From: a virus
Taxonomy: Duplodnaviria; Caudoviricetes
Length of the DNA stretch: 43,827 nt
Direction: 5' to 3' (one strand)
IMG/VR virus record: IMGVR_UViG_3300036803_000021
Span: 1 to 43,827 of that record
The translations under genes and the position numbers were made by a program. This document shows positions 1-9,288 of the stretch, piece after piece. The notes below the pieces were generated by a model. It searched no databases and was not told where the DNA came from. It worked only from the letters and a program-made list of their open reading frames with translations. Each line of letters opens with the position of its first letter. Position 1 is the stretch's first letter.

Positions 1-667
1 CGAGAGCTGCCTGCACGGTCGCGATAGGGGCATTCCAGGCGAGCGGCGTAGCGGTGGTTTGCCCCCCGAACGTTAGGGGGTAGGTCCCGCCCGTGGCGCT
101 GATCGCAGCGCTGAAAACTGTTGTGGTGCTGCCCCCGAACGTTAGGGGGTATGTGCCTCCGGTGCCGATGATGGACAGGTCGAAACGGTCATCCGGCACA
201 CTCCATTGCGAGGCATCCTCGACGCCTTCGAACATCGGGTTGAGGGCCACCGGCACCACCACGGCGTGGTACACCTTCTCGATGTCGGCGTCGTACCCGT
301 CCTCGGTGGTGTAGAGGATCTCTTTAGACAGCCGGAGCATGAGGAACCGGGGGCCGGACGGGCCGTCCCAGGTCATCTTGACGGTGCGAAAGAACCCCGG
401 AGATCCCCACATTTTCTGGAATCGCTTGCGGGACTCCGGGATAAGCCAGAACGGCAGCGTCGGCGTCCGCACCGGCACGTCGATCCCGGTGATGCGGCCC
501 CCAAACTCGAATGCACCTTGCTGCGTCTTCGCGGAGAATCCCACGTCGTACATGCCTTGGGGGTCCTGGTCGAGGATGATCTCGTCGGCAAGCCATGCAT
601 CGCCGGGCCCGGACACGATCACCGAGTCGCCGTTGGATGACGCCAAAGTGATTGTTGCTTGTGCCAT
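1..667 (-). CDS. Distal tail protein (Dit)/minor tail protein, 5' part; continues across the contig junction into 43696-42951
   Basis: ATG at 667, 1 nt after the TMP stop. Frame MAQATITLASSNGDSV... is open to the edge. Joined length is 1413 nt (470 aa), in frame with ORF 42951-43712. First gene after TMP. Confidence 0.85.
   Translation of the reverse strand, partial: MAQATITLASSNGDSVIVSGPGDAWLADEIILDQDPQGMYDVGFSAKTQQGAFEFGGRITGIDVPVRTPTLPFWLIPESRKRFQKMWGSPGFFRTVKMTWDGPSGPRFLMLRLSKEILYTTEDGYDADIEKVYHAVVVPVALNPMFEGVEDASQWSVPDDRFDLSIIGTGGTYPLTFGGSTTTVFSAAISATGGTYPLTFGGQTTATPLAWNAPIATVQAAL
6..131. repeat. Terminal direct repeat (circular assembly overlap), copy 1; identical to 43702-43827
   Basis: 126-bp exact match to the last 126 bases. 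Bases 1-4 also match 43697-43700, with one mismatch at position 5 (A vs G at 43701). Confidence 0.95.
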
Positions 668-668
668 C

Positions 669-3600
669 TCAGAACCTTTGAAGTCGGGCGGCAGCGGCTT
701 CGCGTTCCTTTTGCTGCGCGGCTAGGAATGCGTCCTGAACGGTCGCGGTCTGAATGTTGTACGTCGCCCCGCCCCCATCCGGGCCGGGGGTTCGGCCTTG
801 CACGTTCTGATTCGGATCCCCAGCGACGCCACCGGGGCCGGTCGGGTTCTGACCGGCGATAGGGCCTGCCCCGCTGCGGGACCCGAAGTCGAGGAGCGGT
901 TTGCCTCCCACAGAGATCCCCCCGAGCAGGGTGCTCGCGGCCTGCAGGATCGGCGGGGTGTCGCTGATCCCCAGCACGCCCAGCGCCGAGGACACCTGCC
1001 CGGATACCCCTGCAGCGAGCGCATCACCGATGGCGAGTGTCCGCTCCGGTGATGAGTCGTTGACCTTCGTTTTCAGGTTGAGGGAGGACAGGCCGGTCGC
1101 AGCAAGCCCGGAGAACGACGTAGGGAGGGTGAAACCGCCCCCCCCTGCCCCTGCAGCAGCCCCCACTGAGCCCGTTGAGGTAGCAGCCCCCGGAGGGCCT
1201 CCGTTAGGGCCTCCGATGCCAGGAGGCAGCTCCCCGCCGTTCGGGTTCGCGCCGAGCAGCTCGATCCATGCCCGGTTCGGGAACCCCTTCGCACCGGCAG
1301 CACCACCACCGACAGACCCGCCCCCGGACGCGCCGCCCATTTCGACGTTCTCGTCGCCGCCTTTCGGGTCCACGATGGTGCCCGCGGTGTGGCCTCCTCC
1401 GGGGCCTCCGGTGAGCCAGCCGATCCAGTATGCGGCTGTGCCGGACGGGGGGTCGCCCTGATGGAACCCGCGCTTGGCGAGTTCGCCGGCCTCGCTGCCG
1501 GTGGCGAACCGTCCGGAGGCCCCGGTGATGAAGTTGGACACCCAGGACTGAGCGCCGGAGCAGTCGGTGTTGGTCGGGCCGGGGGGACCGCCGAGGGTGT
1601 AGTGCCCACCGGAGAGCTGCTGTACGTACTTTTTGACCTGATCCACGGTGACCTGACCGCCGCCCGCATAGCCGGGCATCGGCAACTGGCCCTTGGCATT
1701 CAGGAAGTCGAGGAGGCCGGGCATGGCGTTCTCGATCCTGCGGCGCGACGTGGCTTTGATGACGAACTCGTCGCCGTGGACGATCCCGGCTGCATGCGCG
1801 ACCCCGATGTTGCCGGTGTACCCGCCCTCAGAGAGGCCCTGCAGGCTGGTGCCCCAGTTGTGGATGGTGGAGAACCCCGGCACGTCGATGCCGAGGACGC
1901 TGCTCGGGATTGCAGCGAGGAATGAGCCGAGCGCATGCAGCGGCGCTTTGATGATCTCGACTAGCCCTGAGAAGGCGTTCTTGACGCCGGACCCGATAGC
2001 GTCGGCGGCGGTCAGGATGCCGGACTTCACAATGTCGAACCCGCCTTTGATCTTGTCGAAGATCGGGCTGATGAAGTTCCATGCAGCGGAGAACGCTGAC
2101 TTTATGCCCTCCCAGACAGGCTCGATAGCGTTGTGCCACAGGAACATCGCCGCGTCCCCGACTAGCTTCCAAGCGCCGGTCCAGATGTCGAAGATGCCCT
2201 TGACGACGGACCACCCGGCGCTGAATGCCGCCTTGATTCCGTCCCACACCGGGACGATGACGTTTTGCCACAGCCAGGTCGCCGCATCCGAGACGAGCTT
2301 CCACTCTATTTTCCACAGGTCAAATATGCCTTTGAGGATCGGCCACGCGACGTTGAAAGCTGTTTTGATTCCTTCCCATGCCGGTTCAATCGCGTTATGC
2401 CACAACCACACTGCTGCAGCCCCGACGACCTTGAATGCGAACGACCAGGCATCGAAGACGAACTTGACGTAGTCCCACGCCACAGAGAATGCGACTTTGA
2501 TGCCCTCCCATGCGGGCTGGATCGCGTTGTGCCACAGCCAGAGGGCTCCGGCTGCGATAGCGTCCCATGCCTGCTTAAGGGCCGGGAGCACGTTCGTGGA
2601 GATCCAGCCCCACGCGGCGGCGACAGCAGTCTTGATGCCCTCCCACGCGCCCTGGACGATCTTCCGGAACGTCTCAGAGTGGTTGTAGGCGTAGATGATT
2701 CCCGCGACGAGACCTGCGATGGCCAGCACGACGATGCCGATCGGGTTGGCGTCCATCGCCGCGTTGAGGAGCCACTGCGCGCCGGTCCACAGCGCGGTCG
2801 CTGCGGCGGTCGCCTTCTGCGCGATAGCCGAACCCACAGCAGCAACGCGCTGACTGATCGTTGAGGCTGTCCCCGCTTCGGTAGCGGTAGCGTTCTCCGC
2901 TTCGGCTGCCGAGTTGACCCCCAGCGCTGCGGAGAGTTCCGAGAACGCTGCGGTCTGGGCCCGGATAGCTGCCGTCTGCGCCAGCATCATCGGGGTGTTG
3001 ATCAGCTTCAGGGAGCCGTTCAGCACCGAGAAGACGGGGGAGAGCCCCTCGACGACGGTCTTCGCTGTGCCGAGGACGAGGACTAGGCCCCCGATGACTG
3101 GGACGGCCCAGCCCGCATTGTCGGCAACGAACTTGAGAACGTCTGCGAGGGCATGCATTCCGGGTACGAGGATGGCGCTGATCGTCGTCGGCCCCATCGC
3201 CACGACGGCTTGCCCGAACGCGCCCATCGCCTGCGCCATCGAGGACAGCGCCGGGCCGGACTGCTGCAGCGCCGGGCCGAGGTCCTGCACCGACGAGGAG
3301 ATCGTCTGCATGATGCCAGCACTACCCCCGGAGGCGAGACCTGAGATGGTGCTCTGGAGGTGCCCAAAGAAATCGAATATGCGTTGCACACCGCCGCTGT
3401 CGACCCAGCCGGTGATCAGCTTCGCGAGCTGCTCAGCCCACGGCTGAATGATCGAAGTCAGCTTCGCCGTAAGGGGTTTGATGTTCGTGGTGATTTTGTC
3501 GAACGTCTCTGTGATCGTCGTCGTCAAAGGTGAGAGCGCCGAGAATAGGGGGGTGGCCAGTTCGGCGCCGAACCGGGAGTATGCAGCCTTCATGTTCGAC

Positions 3601-4430
3601 AGCTGACCCCGGATCGAGCCGCCCATGACCGTTGCAGCCCCGCCAACATGGTCCGCGACGGCCTTCTCGAACATCTCAGCTGAAATGCCGCCGCTCTGCA
3701 CCATTGATTGGAACTCAGCGCCGGTCTTCCCGGTCGCGTCCTGCAGCCACTTGAACACCGGCAGGCCCCGGTCCGCAAGCTGATTCAGATCCCCCGTGAA
3801 TGCTTTCCCGGAGGTCTGCACCTGGTTGAAGATGCTGCCCATGTCGGCCATGCTGGTCCCGGCCACAGAGGCGGCACCGGCCACCGTTGTCAGGTACTGC
3901 GTCAACTGCTGCCCCGGCTGGATGCCCGCTGCGACCGCGGATGCTGCGGTGGTGCCTGCCTCGTCAAGCCCGAACGCGGTGCCCTTCACCGACGCTAGGG
4001 CATTGTCCATGATCGACTTGACGGCCTCAGTGGAGTTGCCGAGCGACTGCAGCTTGAATTTCGCATCGTCGATAGCTGTCAGCCGTTCGAACCCCGCGTG
4101 CAGCGCGACCCCGATCCCTGCAGCAGCGAGCACACCAGCGCTAGTGGCGGCAGCCTTGAGACCGTTGGAGATCAGCCCGCCGAGCTTGGACCCGATGCTC
4201 TCCCCGTCAGCCGTCACGTTCGAGGAGATCTGCGCGGAGACCCCCTGCCCGACGTTCGCTCCCTTGAGGCCGGAGTCGATCTGCTGCCCGGCGCGAGATC
4301 CGGCTGCCTCCGCGTCCGGCACATCGACGGCAGCATTGATCTTCATGTTCCGGGTACCGGAGTCGATGGCCCTGCTTACCCCGTCGAGAATGGGGATGAT
4401 CTGCAGGGTGGCGTATCCGATGCTGGTCAC
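669..4430 (-). CDS. Tape measure protein with C-terminal NlpC/P60-like (DCSG...GHT) peptidase motif
   Basis: ~1250-aa Ala/Gly-rich ORF after the chaperones, with a tape-measure domain (VKGTAFGLDEA...DLNQLADRGLPV) and periodic Trp repeats. GTG start at 4430 overlaps the upstream stop (GTGA). Confidence 0.95.
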   Translation of the reverse strand: MTSIGYATLQIIPILDGVSRAIDSGTRNMKINAAVDVPDAEAAGSRAGQQIDSGLKGANVGQGVSAQISSNVTADGESIGSKLGGLISNGLKAAATSAGVLAAAGIGVALHAGFERLTAIDDAKFKLQSLGNSTEAVKSIMDNALASVKGTAFGLDEAGTTAASAVAAGIQPGQQLTQYLTTVAGAASVAGTSMADMGSIFNQVQTSGKAFTGDLNQLADRGLPVFKWLQDATGKTGAEFQSMVQSGGISAEMFEKAVADHVGGAATVMGGSIRGQLSNMKAAYSRFGAELATPLFSALSPLTTTITETFDKITTNIKPLTAKLTSIIQPWAEQLAKLITGWVDSGGVQRIFDFFGHLQSTISGLASGGSAGIMQTISSSVQDLGPALQQSGPALSSMAQAMGAFGQAVVAMGPTTISAILVPGMHALADVLKFVADNAGWAVPVIGGLVLVLGTAKTVVEGLSPVFSVLNGSLKLINTPMMLAQTAAIRAQTAAFSELSAALGVNSAAEAENATATEAGTASTISQRVAAVGSAIAQKATAAATALWTGAQWLLNAAMDANPIGIVVLAIAGLVAGIIYAYNHSETFRKIVQGAWEGIKTAVAAAWGWISTNVLPALKQAWDAIAAGALWLWHNAIQPAWEGIKVAFSVAWDYVKFVFDAWSFAFKVVGAAAVWLWHNAIEPAWEGIKTAFNVAWPILKGIFDLWKIEWKLVSDAATWLWQNVIVPVWDGIKAAFSAGWSVVKGIFDIWTGAWKLVGDAAMFLWHNAIEPVWEGIKSAFSAAWNFISPIFDKIKGGFDIVKSGILTAADAIGSGVKNAFSGLVEIIKAPLHALGSFLAAIPSSVLGIDVPGFSTIHNWGTSLQGLSEGGYTGNIGVAHAAGIVHGDEFVIKATSRRRIENAMPGLLDFLNAKGQLPMPGYAGGGQVTVDQVKKYVQQLSGGHYTLGGPPGPTNTDCSGAQSWVSNFITGASGRFATGSEAGELAKRGFHQGDPPSGTAAYWIGWLTGGPGGGHTAGTIVDPKGGDENVEMGGASGGGSVGGGAAGAKGFPNRAWIELLGANPNGGELPPGIGGPNGGPPGAATSTGSVGAAAGAGGGGFTLPTSFSGLAATGLSSLNLKTKVNDSSPERTLAIGDALAAGVSGQVSSALGVLGISDTPPILQAASTLLGGISVGGKPLLDFGSRSGAGPIAGQNPTGPGGVAGDPNQNVQGRTPGPDGGGATYNIQTATVQDAFLAAQQKEREAAAARLQRF

Positions 4431-4825
4431 GCGGTCTCCATGCCGTATGCCGCTTTCTTGGCCCGCCACGCAGCCTGGAGCTGGTCGATTCGAGACTCCT
4501 TGTCGCGTGCGAAAGCGGCGTTCTCCATCTCGACCCTCCTCGGCTGATCAACGAATGGGCTGCCCTTTTCGCTGTTGACTCCCACCGTAAGCGACCACAG
4601 GTCTGCGATGAGGTGTTCGAGCGGTCCCCACACCGGCCTGTCGCCGTTCTGGGACCGGGCAGTAGCAGACTCCATCGGCAGCCGGTCGATGAACACGTGC
4701 AACTTGCGAGCCGTCAACGTGCCCCGGTAGTAGTCGAGCAGATCCACCCGGTAGTACCGTTGCAGATCAGCCTCGACGGCATCCCCATGATCCTCTAGGA
4801 GCGCCGCGAGGCCGATCAGTTTCCC
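4427..4825 (-). CDS. Tail assembly chaperone, C-terminal (-1 frameshift) segment
   Basis: The -1 frame from the slippery site reads GKLIGLAALLEDHGDAVEADLQRYYRVDLLDYYRG... to the stop at 4427. Lies between the first chaperone ORF and TMP. Confidence 0.88.
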   Translation of the reverse strand, partial: GKLIGLAALLEDHGDAVEADLQRYYRVDLLDYYRGTLTARKLHVFIDRLPMESATARSQNGDRPVWGPLEHLIADLWSLTVGVNSEKGSPFVDQPRRVEMENAAFARDKESRIDQLQAAWRAKKAAYGMETA

Positions 4826-5202
4826 GCTAGGGCCTCTAGCTGGGAGCCGATCTCCGCGAAATCATCGATAGTCGGGTTGGCCGCGATGAATTTCTTCCAC
4901 TGCTCCGGCCCGAGCAGCAGCTCGGTCCCGGCCAGCTCGTTGCCCTTCTCGAACTCCATGTACGCGGTCAGCGGCACCTTGCCGCCGACCGGGATGCGGA
5001 GCTTCACACCGCAGGACACAACGTCGAGGTAGCCGTCTCCGGCCTCGGCAGCGCGGACTGCTGCCTCAGCCTTTTTTTGAGCCGGAGTCTTTGCCTTCTG
5101 CCGGTCCTGCGGCTGGGGCGCATTCGCTGGAATGCGTGATGCCCCAGCCGCTCTGGCCGCTGCCCCGATCTTGCGGGGGGCGGCTGCCTTGCGGGCGGTC
5201 AC
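4816..5202 (-). CDS. Tail assembly chaperone
   Basis: 128-aa ORF after the major tail gene, ending ...LAGN* at the slippery site. Confidence 0.88.
   Translation of the reverse strand: MTARKAAAPRKIGAAARAAGASRIPANAPQPQDRQKAKTPAQKKAEAAVRAAEAGDGYLDVVSCGVKLRIPVGGKVPLTAYMEFEKGNELAGTELLLGPEQWKKFIAANPTIDDFAEIGSQLEALAGN
4819..4825 (-). other. Programmed -1 ribosomal frameshift site G GGA AAC
   Basis: X XXY YYZ heptamer GGGAAAC immediately before the TGA of the first chaperone ORF; the -1 frame is open into the downstream ORF. Confidence 0.88.
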
Positions 5203-6011
5203 GAAACGCCGACTGTCCCGCCAGTGCCGAGGGCACTAACCACGTTGACGGGAACAGTGAACAGGGCGGTAAGTGTGCCGGGTGCGCCACCGGAACCGGA
5301 GACGGTCACGCCGGAGACCCCCACGTTGGGGAGTGCCTGCAGCGCGGTTTGTAGGGCAGCCGATGTCGTCGTCGCGATGGTCCCGGTCGCCACGCCGTCT
5401 ACGGTCACCACGTAGCCGGTCACGCCGGTCCCGATGGTGAACAGCTTCGAGATCGAATAGATGGCGACCTCTTGGAAGATGTCCCTGTTCGCGTCGGTGG
5501 TGTGATGCACGTTGCATTCGGCCCAGGACAGTTCGCCCTCGACAATGCCGCCCATCGTCTTGAGTTCGATGGGGCAGGCGGCGAGGGTGACCCAGATCTT
5601 CGTGCCGTTGGTGATGTCGTTGTCGGTCCACTTGTACAGCACGTAAAACTGGACGTTCTTGGGTGGCCCCTTCTTGGCTGCCGTGGAGCCGGGGAGGACG
5701 AACTGTCGTGTGCAGCTGTTAATTTCGAGCGCCGTGAACGCAGTCATCAGCTTGCCGTTGCGGAGCTTCACCCGGAACTGGGGATATCCGAACGCGTTGT
5801 AGTCCTTAACCTCGATGGTGGGCGTCATCGGGATGCCCTTTTTGTCGTCGATCAGCCCGCAGAACGACCAACCGAGGGCCGAGAGGTCTGATGTCGGCAA
5901 GGCCGGGATGAATGAAGTGATGCCGGTGGGTGCGGATGCCTTCGGTAGCAGCCACACCTCGGCCTGATCCGGGATGACTGTTGCGTCAGCGTTGATAACT
6001 CCGGTGACCAT
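5199..6011 (-). CDS. Major tail (tube) protein with C-terminal accessory beta-domain
   Basis: Position, strong RBS (AGGAGGG), actinophage tube-like N-terminus (GWSFCGLIDDKKGI) and C-terminal ALQTALQALPNVGVSGVTVSG domain. Confidence 0.88.
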   Translation of the reverse strand: MVTGVINADATVIPDQAEVWLLPKASAPTGITSFIPALPTSDLSALGWSFCGLIDDKKGIPMTPTIEVKDYNAFGYPQFRVKLRNGKLMTAFTALEINSCTRQFVLPGSTAAKKGPPKNVQFYVLYKWTDNDITNGTKIWVTLAACPIELKTMGGIVEGELSWAECNVHHTTDANRDIFQEVAIYSISKLFTIGTGVTGYVVTVDGVATGTIATTTSAALQTALQALPNVGVSGVTVSGSGGAPGTLTALFTVPVNVVSALGTGGTVGVS

Positions 6012-6061
6012 GATTCCCTCCTAAGGGCTGTAACTTGAATGCCCTTGCGGGGCAGTGGACT

Positions 6062-6463
6062 TCATTGTGGTACAGCTAGCCGGGCGCGGGCCCGGACAGT
6101 TATCGAGGCGAGATCTCCTCCGGTCGTAGGGTCCCTGGCGTCGAGCACTCCAGTGCCGGGCAGCACCTTCGCGATGCCAGTAATAGGGGTGGTAAGCAGG
6201 CGGGCCATAGCGGCGTGAATGTACCGCCGATCCCTGCCGGTCGTCCACGATGTGATGCGTGTCGTCGGGGTAGTGCCCAGCCGGTGAGGCAGGCCCATCG
6301 GGTCCCCGTCATCTTCCACGAGGAGCACCGGGCCGGACACGTGGGGTGCCCAGTTCGCCGGTAACTCGAGCGCAACCGACAGCTCGGGGAATCGGCCGGC
6401 CAAATCTGCGGCGAGCCAGTCGCAGATGAGGTTCGGCACGTCGCGGGCCTCCGGCTGCGTCAT
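6062..6463 (-). CDS. Tail terminator
   Basis: 133 aa, directly upstream of the major tail gene; PVLLVEDDG motif typical of actinophage tail terminators. Confidence 0.7.
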   Translation of the reverse strand: MTQPEARDVPNLICDWLAADLAGRFPELSVALELPANWAPHVSGPVLLVEDDGDPMGLPHRLGTTPTTRITSWTTGRDRRYIHAAMARLLTTPITGIAKVLPGTGVLDARDPTTGGDLASITVRARARLAVPQ

Positions 6464-6666
6464 GCGAGATCTCCCGGCAGCCGGAGCGGGTGATCACCGT
6501 CGAGGCACCGCGAGATCGTGCCGATGAGCGTGACGCCCTTCTCGGAGAGCAGCACTAGAGGTGCGCGCCACCCGGACGGCTTAAGGCAGCGGGGGCACCA
6601 GAGGCCGGTTTCTACATGCCCCTCGTCCACGCAGAGGTCGACAGCGCCGCGCCGGGAGGATTTCAT
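6460..6666 (-). CDS. Small Cys-containing hypothetical protein (WCPRC...RC)
   Basis: ATG at 6666 in ATGA overlap with the upstream stop; its own stop overlaps the tail terminator ATG. True start is downstream of the ORF-track start. Confidence 0.65.
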   Translation of the reverse strand: MKSSRRGAVDLCVDEGHVETGLWCPRCLKPSGWRAPLVLLSEKGVTLIGTISRCLDGDHPLRLPGDLA

Positions 6667-6899
6667 CGCGGGTGGACCTCCAGCCCGGCAGCGGCAGCCC
6701 CACGGGTCAGCGCGCCGTCCTTGGCTTGCCGGTAGGCCGGGACTCGGACCACGCCGTGGGCGCGGTCGGTTGTGATGACCTCCGAGGAGGCCTCCGGCCC
6801 CGCCGCGTGCTCCACGGCTTTCGTCAGGCGGGTGATCTCCGCGACGGCGGCGTGCTTGAGGATCTCGGCGCCGCCCTTCTCGTCGAGTTCGAATGCCAT
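6663..6899 (-). CDS. Neck/tail completion protein (HK97 gp10-like position)
   Basis: MAFELDEKGGAEILK...QAKDGALTRGAAAAGLEV; TGATG coupling to the upstream gene; connector-module position. Confidence 0.7.
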   Translation of the reverse strand: MAFELDEKGGAEILKHAAVAEITRLTKAVEHAAGPEASSEVITTDRAHGVVRVPAYRQAKDGALTRGAAAAGLEVHPR

Positions 6900-7198
6900 C
6901 AGCCCTGTCCCTTCGTGCAGAGGACCTCGACGCCACCTTGGCCCCCGGAGTCCCACCCGTTGACAATGGTCCGGTATCGCTGACCCCGGACGGTCAGGTC
7001 GTCGCCGTCCTGAATGTCGGTGCCCGGCTCGAAGTACGCCGTCCCGACGATGGTCTCCCCGTCGCGGGCCTGCCGGATGACGCGGCTGCCCCCGCCCGGC
7101 GCGAACTCGATCATCTGCACGGGCGTGTCGGTGCCCCCGGAGTACTTCCCCTTAGAGTCGCGGGCCGCGCCGCGATGACGGATAGCTTGCTCGGTCAT
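6899..7198 (-). CDS. Head-to-tail stopper
   Basis: 99 aa, beta-rich (DIQDGDDLTVRGQRYR), follows the adaptor. Confidence 0.75.
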   Translation of the reverse strand: MTEQAIRHRGAARDSKGKYSGGTDTPVQMIEFAPGGGSRVIRQARDGETIVGTAYFEPGTDIQDGDDLTVRGQRYRTIVNGWDSGGQGGVEVLCTKGQG

Positions 7199-7767
7199 GG
7201 TCGGCCCTCCAGCCGGTACTCGGACAGCAGCATTGTCTCCTGAGCCGAGAACGGGCTACTCGCGCCGGTCGTGCGGCTGCCGGACGTTTCCTCCGGCGCG
7301 TACTGGAAGGGGCCGACGACGATACGACGGCCACCGCTGGTCGACAGGGACAGCCGGTCTGCGTAGGACAGCACGGCCCGCTGGAAGTCTTCAGCGTGAT
7401 CGAAACCGTGTGTGATCGTGGCGACGATGCCGGAGTACTTCACTGTCCAGAGCCCCCCGAACACCTTCCGGACCTTCCCGGCCCGCGACCACAGGATCAG
7501 TGAAAGGTCAACCGGGACACCATCCTCAACGATTGAGGTGACGCCGGTCATGCGCTGCGTAGGCAGCGACAGCAGCGGGGAGCCCGGCCCGTCGAGGATG
7601 ATCTCCTCGTCGGTGTGGACCGGCGTGACGTGCCACCGGCAGAAACGCCTCGCCGCCGCGAGCGCAGCGACGAGGACGTCTCTAGTGTCAGCGGCAGCGG
7701 CATCCAGCCGACCTTGCGTGTAGGACGCGAGGTCGGCTGGTACCAGTTCCCCTGCAGAGTCAGGCAT
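7195..7767 (-). CDS. Head-to-tail adaptor
   Basis: ARRFCRWHVTP...LDGPGSPLLSLPT...ITHGF pattern typical of mycobacteriophage adaptors; follows the capsid gene. Confidence 0.8.
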   Translation of the reverse strand: MPDSAGELVPADLASYTQGRLDAAAADTRDVLVAALAAARRFCRWHVTPVHTDEEIILDGPGSPLLSLPTQRMTGVTSIVEDGVPVDLSLILWSRAGKVRKVFGGLWTVKYSGIVATITHGFDHAEDFQRAVLSYADRLSLSTSGGRRIVVGPFQYAPEETSGSRTTGASSPFSAQETMLLSEYRLEGRP

Positions 7768-7974
7768 TTAGGCCGACTTGTTCTCCGGAGTGCCCGCCTT
7801 ATTGGCCGGGGCGGCAGCAGCTTTGGCGTCCGGCTGGTTCGCCGGGTTCGCCGGGTCAGCCGGTGCTGCCTTCACGCCGGTGTCGGACAGCAGCCCGGCC
7901 CGCTTAGCGTCCTCGTCGGACAGCAGCACGGTGGTGTCCATGCCCTCCGGGATGCTGATCGCGTATTCCTTCAT
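7768..7974 (-). CDS. Small hypothetical protein after the capsid gene
   Basis: RBS AGGAG; TTVLLSDEDAKRAGL...APANKA pattern seen in genes after actinophage capsids. Confidence 0.75.
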   Translation of the reverse strand: MKEYAISIPEGMDTTVLLSDEDAKRAGLLSDTGVKAAPADPANPANQPDAKAAAAPANKAGTPENKSA

Positions 7975-8010
7975 GATGATTCTCCTGATTCCTTGTTGTG
8001 AGAGTTGCTA

Positions 8011-9288
8011 TTACGCCGTCAGGGTCACCTTGCAGAGCCCGAGTGGCACCCGCACCGCGAGAGCGACTCTCTCCTCCGCACGGACCGTTACGAGGTTCGA
8101 GGTGAAGTCCGACGCGTGCTGCGTGGCAGCCTCAACCCGGACGCCTCCCTTCCGGTACACCGTCGACACCGACTGGAATGCGCCCGTCAGGATGGTGCCC
8201 TGAGCGATGGCCGGGGTGACGACAGTCTTGAGGCCCCACAGCGGCGGCTGCATGACCAGGGGGACGCCAGCCTCACCGTATGCGGCCTGGAAGAACCCGC
8301 CGCCGTAGTACTGCTGGTTGTTGTCGCGCTGCAGACGGAAAGTCTGGTAGTCCAGCGGGTGGATGATCAGGCCGTCCGGGGGGAACCCCGAGTTGACGTT
8401 GACCTTCGTCATAGCCCGGAAGATCGCATCCGGCCAGTCATGCGGGTTGGTCGCGAAGCTCGCCGAGACCTCCGTCTGGATGCCGGACCGGTTGAGCAGA
8501 CCCAGCAGGTTAGTGCCGGTGCCGTTGCCGTTGAGGAGCTGCTGCTCCTCGAAGTACCCCAGCTGGTAGAGCAGACGGTTGTTGATCTCCGTCACCAGGA
8601 AGTCGGCATCGTCGATGAACTCGTCGGTGAGCTTGATGAACCCGGCGATCTTCTTGAGAGCGTCGGTGACCTGCGTCGGGTTGACGAAGTGGATCTGCGG
8701 CTTTGCAGCGCCTTCGTCGACAGTGGTGAATGCGCCTTCCATCGCGCCCTCGACGAGGTACGAGATCGCGTTGCCGGAGATCGTGCCCTGCGAGAGGAGA
8801 TCCGCGACGGTCAGCCGGATACGCAGAGCCCGAATGATCGTCCGGTCGAACTCGGTCAGGAACGGGGCACCGGCAGTCCAGCCGCCGACCACGAACGGGT
8901 CGGTATTGGCCTTGGCGCCCCAGTCCGGCGCGACGAATGTCTTGCCCTGCTGGCCCTTCGCGTCGACCATCGCGCCGTGCGCGTGCTTGACGAAGTGCTC
9001 CCCGAGGGACAGCTGGGGAGCGTTCGCGCCGTCGCCGCCCTTCTGGTAGGTGTCCGGCACGGTGATCGCCATCGCGTCGAGCTGACCCATCAGTTCTTTC
9101 GACTTGGCCTCCGCGACGAGGGCCTCGTTGATCGTCTTGACCTCGGTGAGGTGCTCCCCGATCTCGGTCTGCTCGTCGGCGGTTAGGTGCCGCTTCTCAC
9201 CCTTGGCCTTCTCGGCGATCTCGCGGGCCTTCTCGATCAGTTCGTCTCGGCGCTCTCTAGTGGGAACGTCAGTTGCGTTGCCGCTCAT
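8011..9288 (-). CDS. Major capsid protein, HK97 fold with N-terminal delta (scaffold) domain
   Basis: Coiled-coil N-terminus; VDEGAAKP, KKIAGFIKLTDEF, LLNGNGTG, LWGLKTVVT and FTSNLVTVRAEER motifs. Confidence 0.97.
   Translation of the reverse strand: MSGNATDVPTRERRDELIEKAREIAEKAKGEKRHLTADEQTEIGEHLTEVKTINEALVAEAKSKELMGQLDAMAITVPDTYQKGGDGANAPQLSLGEHFVKHAHGAMVDAKGQQGKTFVAPDWGAKANTDPFVVGGWTAGAPFLTEFDRTIIRALRIRLTVADLLSQGTISGNAISYLVEGAMEGAFTTVDEGAAKPQIHFVNPTQVTDALKKIAGFIKLTDEFIDDADFLVTEINNRLLYQLGYFEEQQLLNGNGTGTNLLGLLNRSGIQTEVSASFATNPHDWPDAIFRAMTKVNVNSGFPPDGLIIHPLDYQTFRLQRDNNQQYYGGGFFQAAYGEAGVPLVMQPPLWGLKTVVTPAIAQGTILTGAFQSVSTVYRKGGVRVEAATQHASDFTSNLVTVRAEERVALAVRVPLGLCKVTLTA

Noticed and set aside
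2070-2650. Periodic repeats in the tape measure gene
   Set aside because: Ordinary Trp-periodic TMP helical repeats.
4431-4469. ORF-track upstream extensions (TMP to 4469, lysin A to 33454, RecE to 27930, holin to 31695, 33462 gene to 34781)
   Set aside because: Downstream starts with RBS or 4-bp overlaps fit better; the extensions overlap neighbouring genes or lack support.
6020-6056. Partial inverted match (14/18) to the 17794/18971 promoter repeat upstream of the major tail gene
   Set aside because: The palindrome is not preserved, orientation is opposite and no -35 is evident. It is more simply a small GCAA-loop hairpin plus RBS.
8005-9186. Long plus-strand ORFs (e.g. 8005-9186, 12682-13728, 17084-18043, 24911-25777, 32450-33172)
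   Set aside because: Antisense shadows of well-supported minus-strand genes in high-GC DNA; no motifs or RBS.
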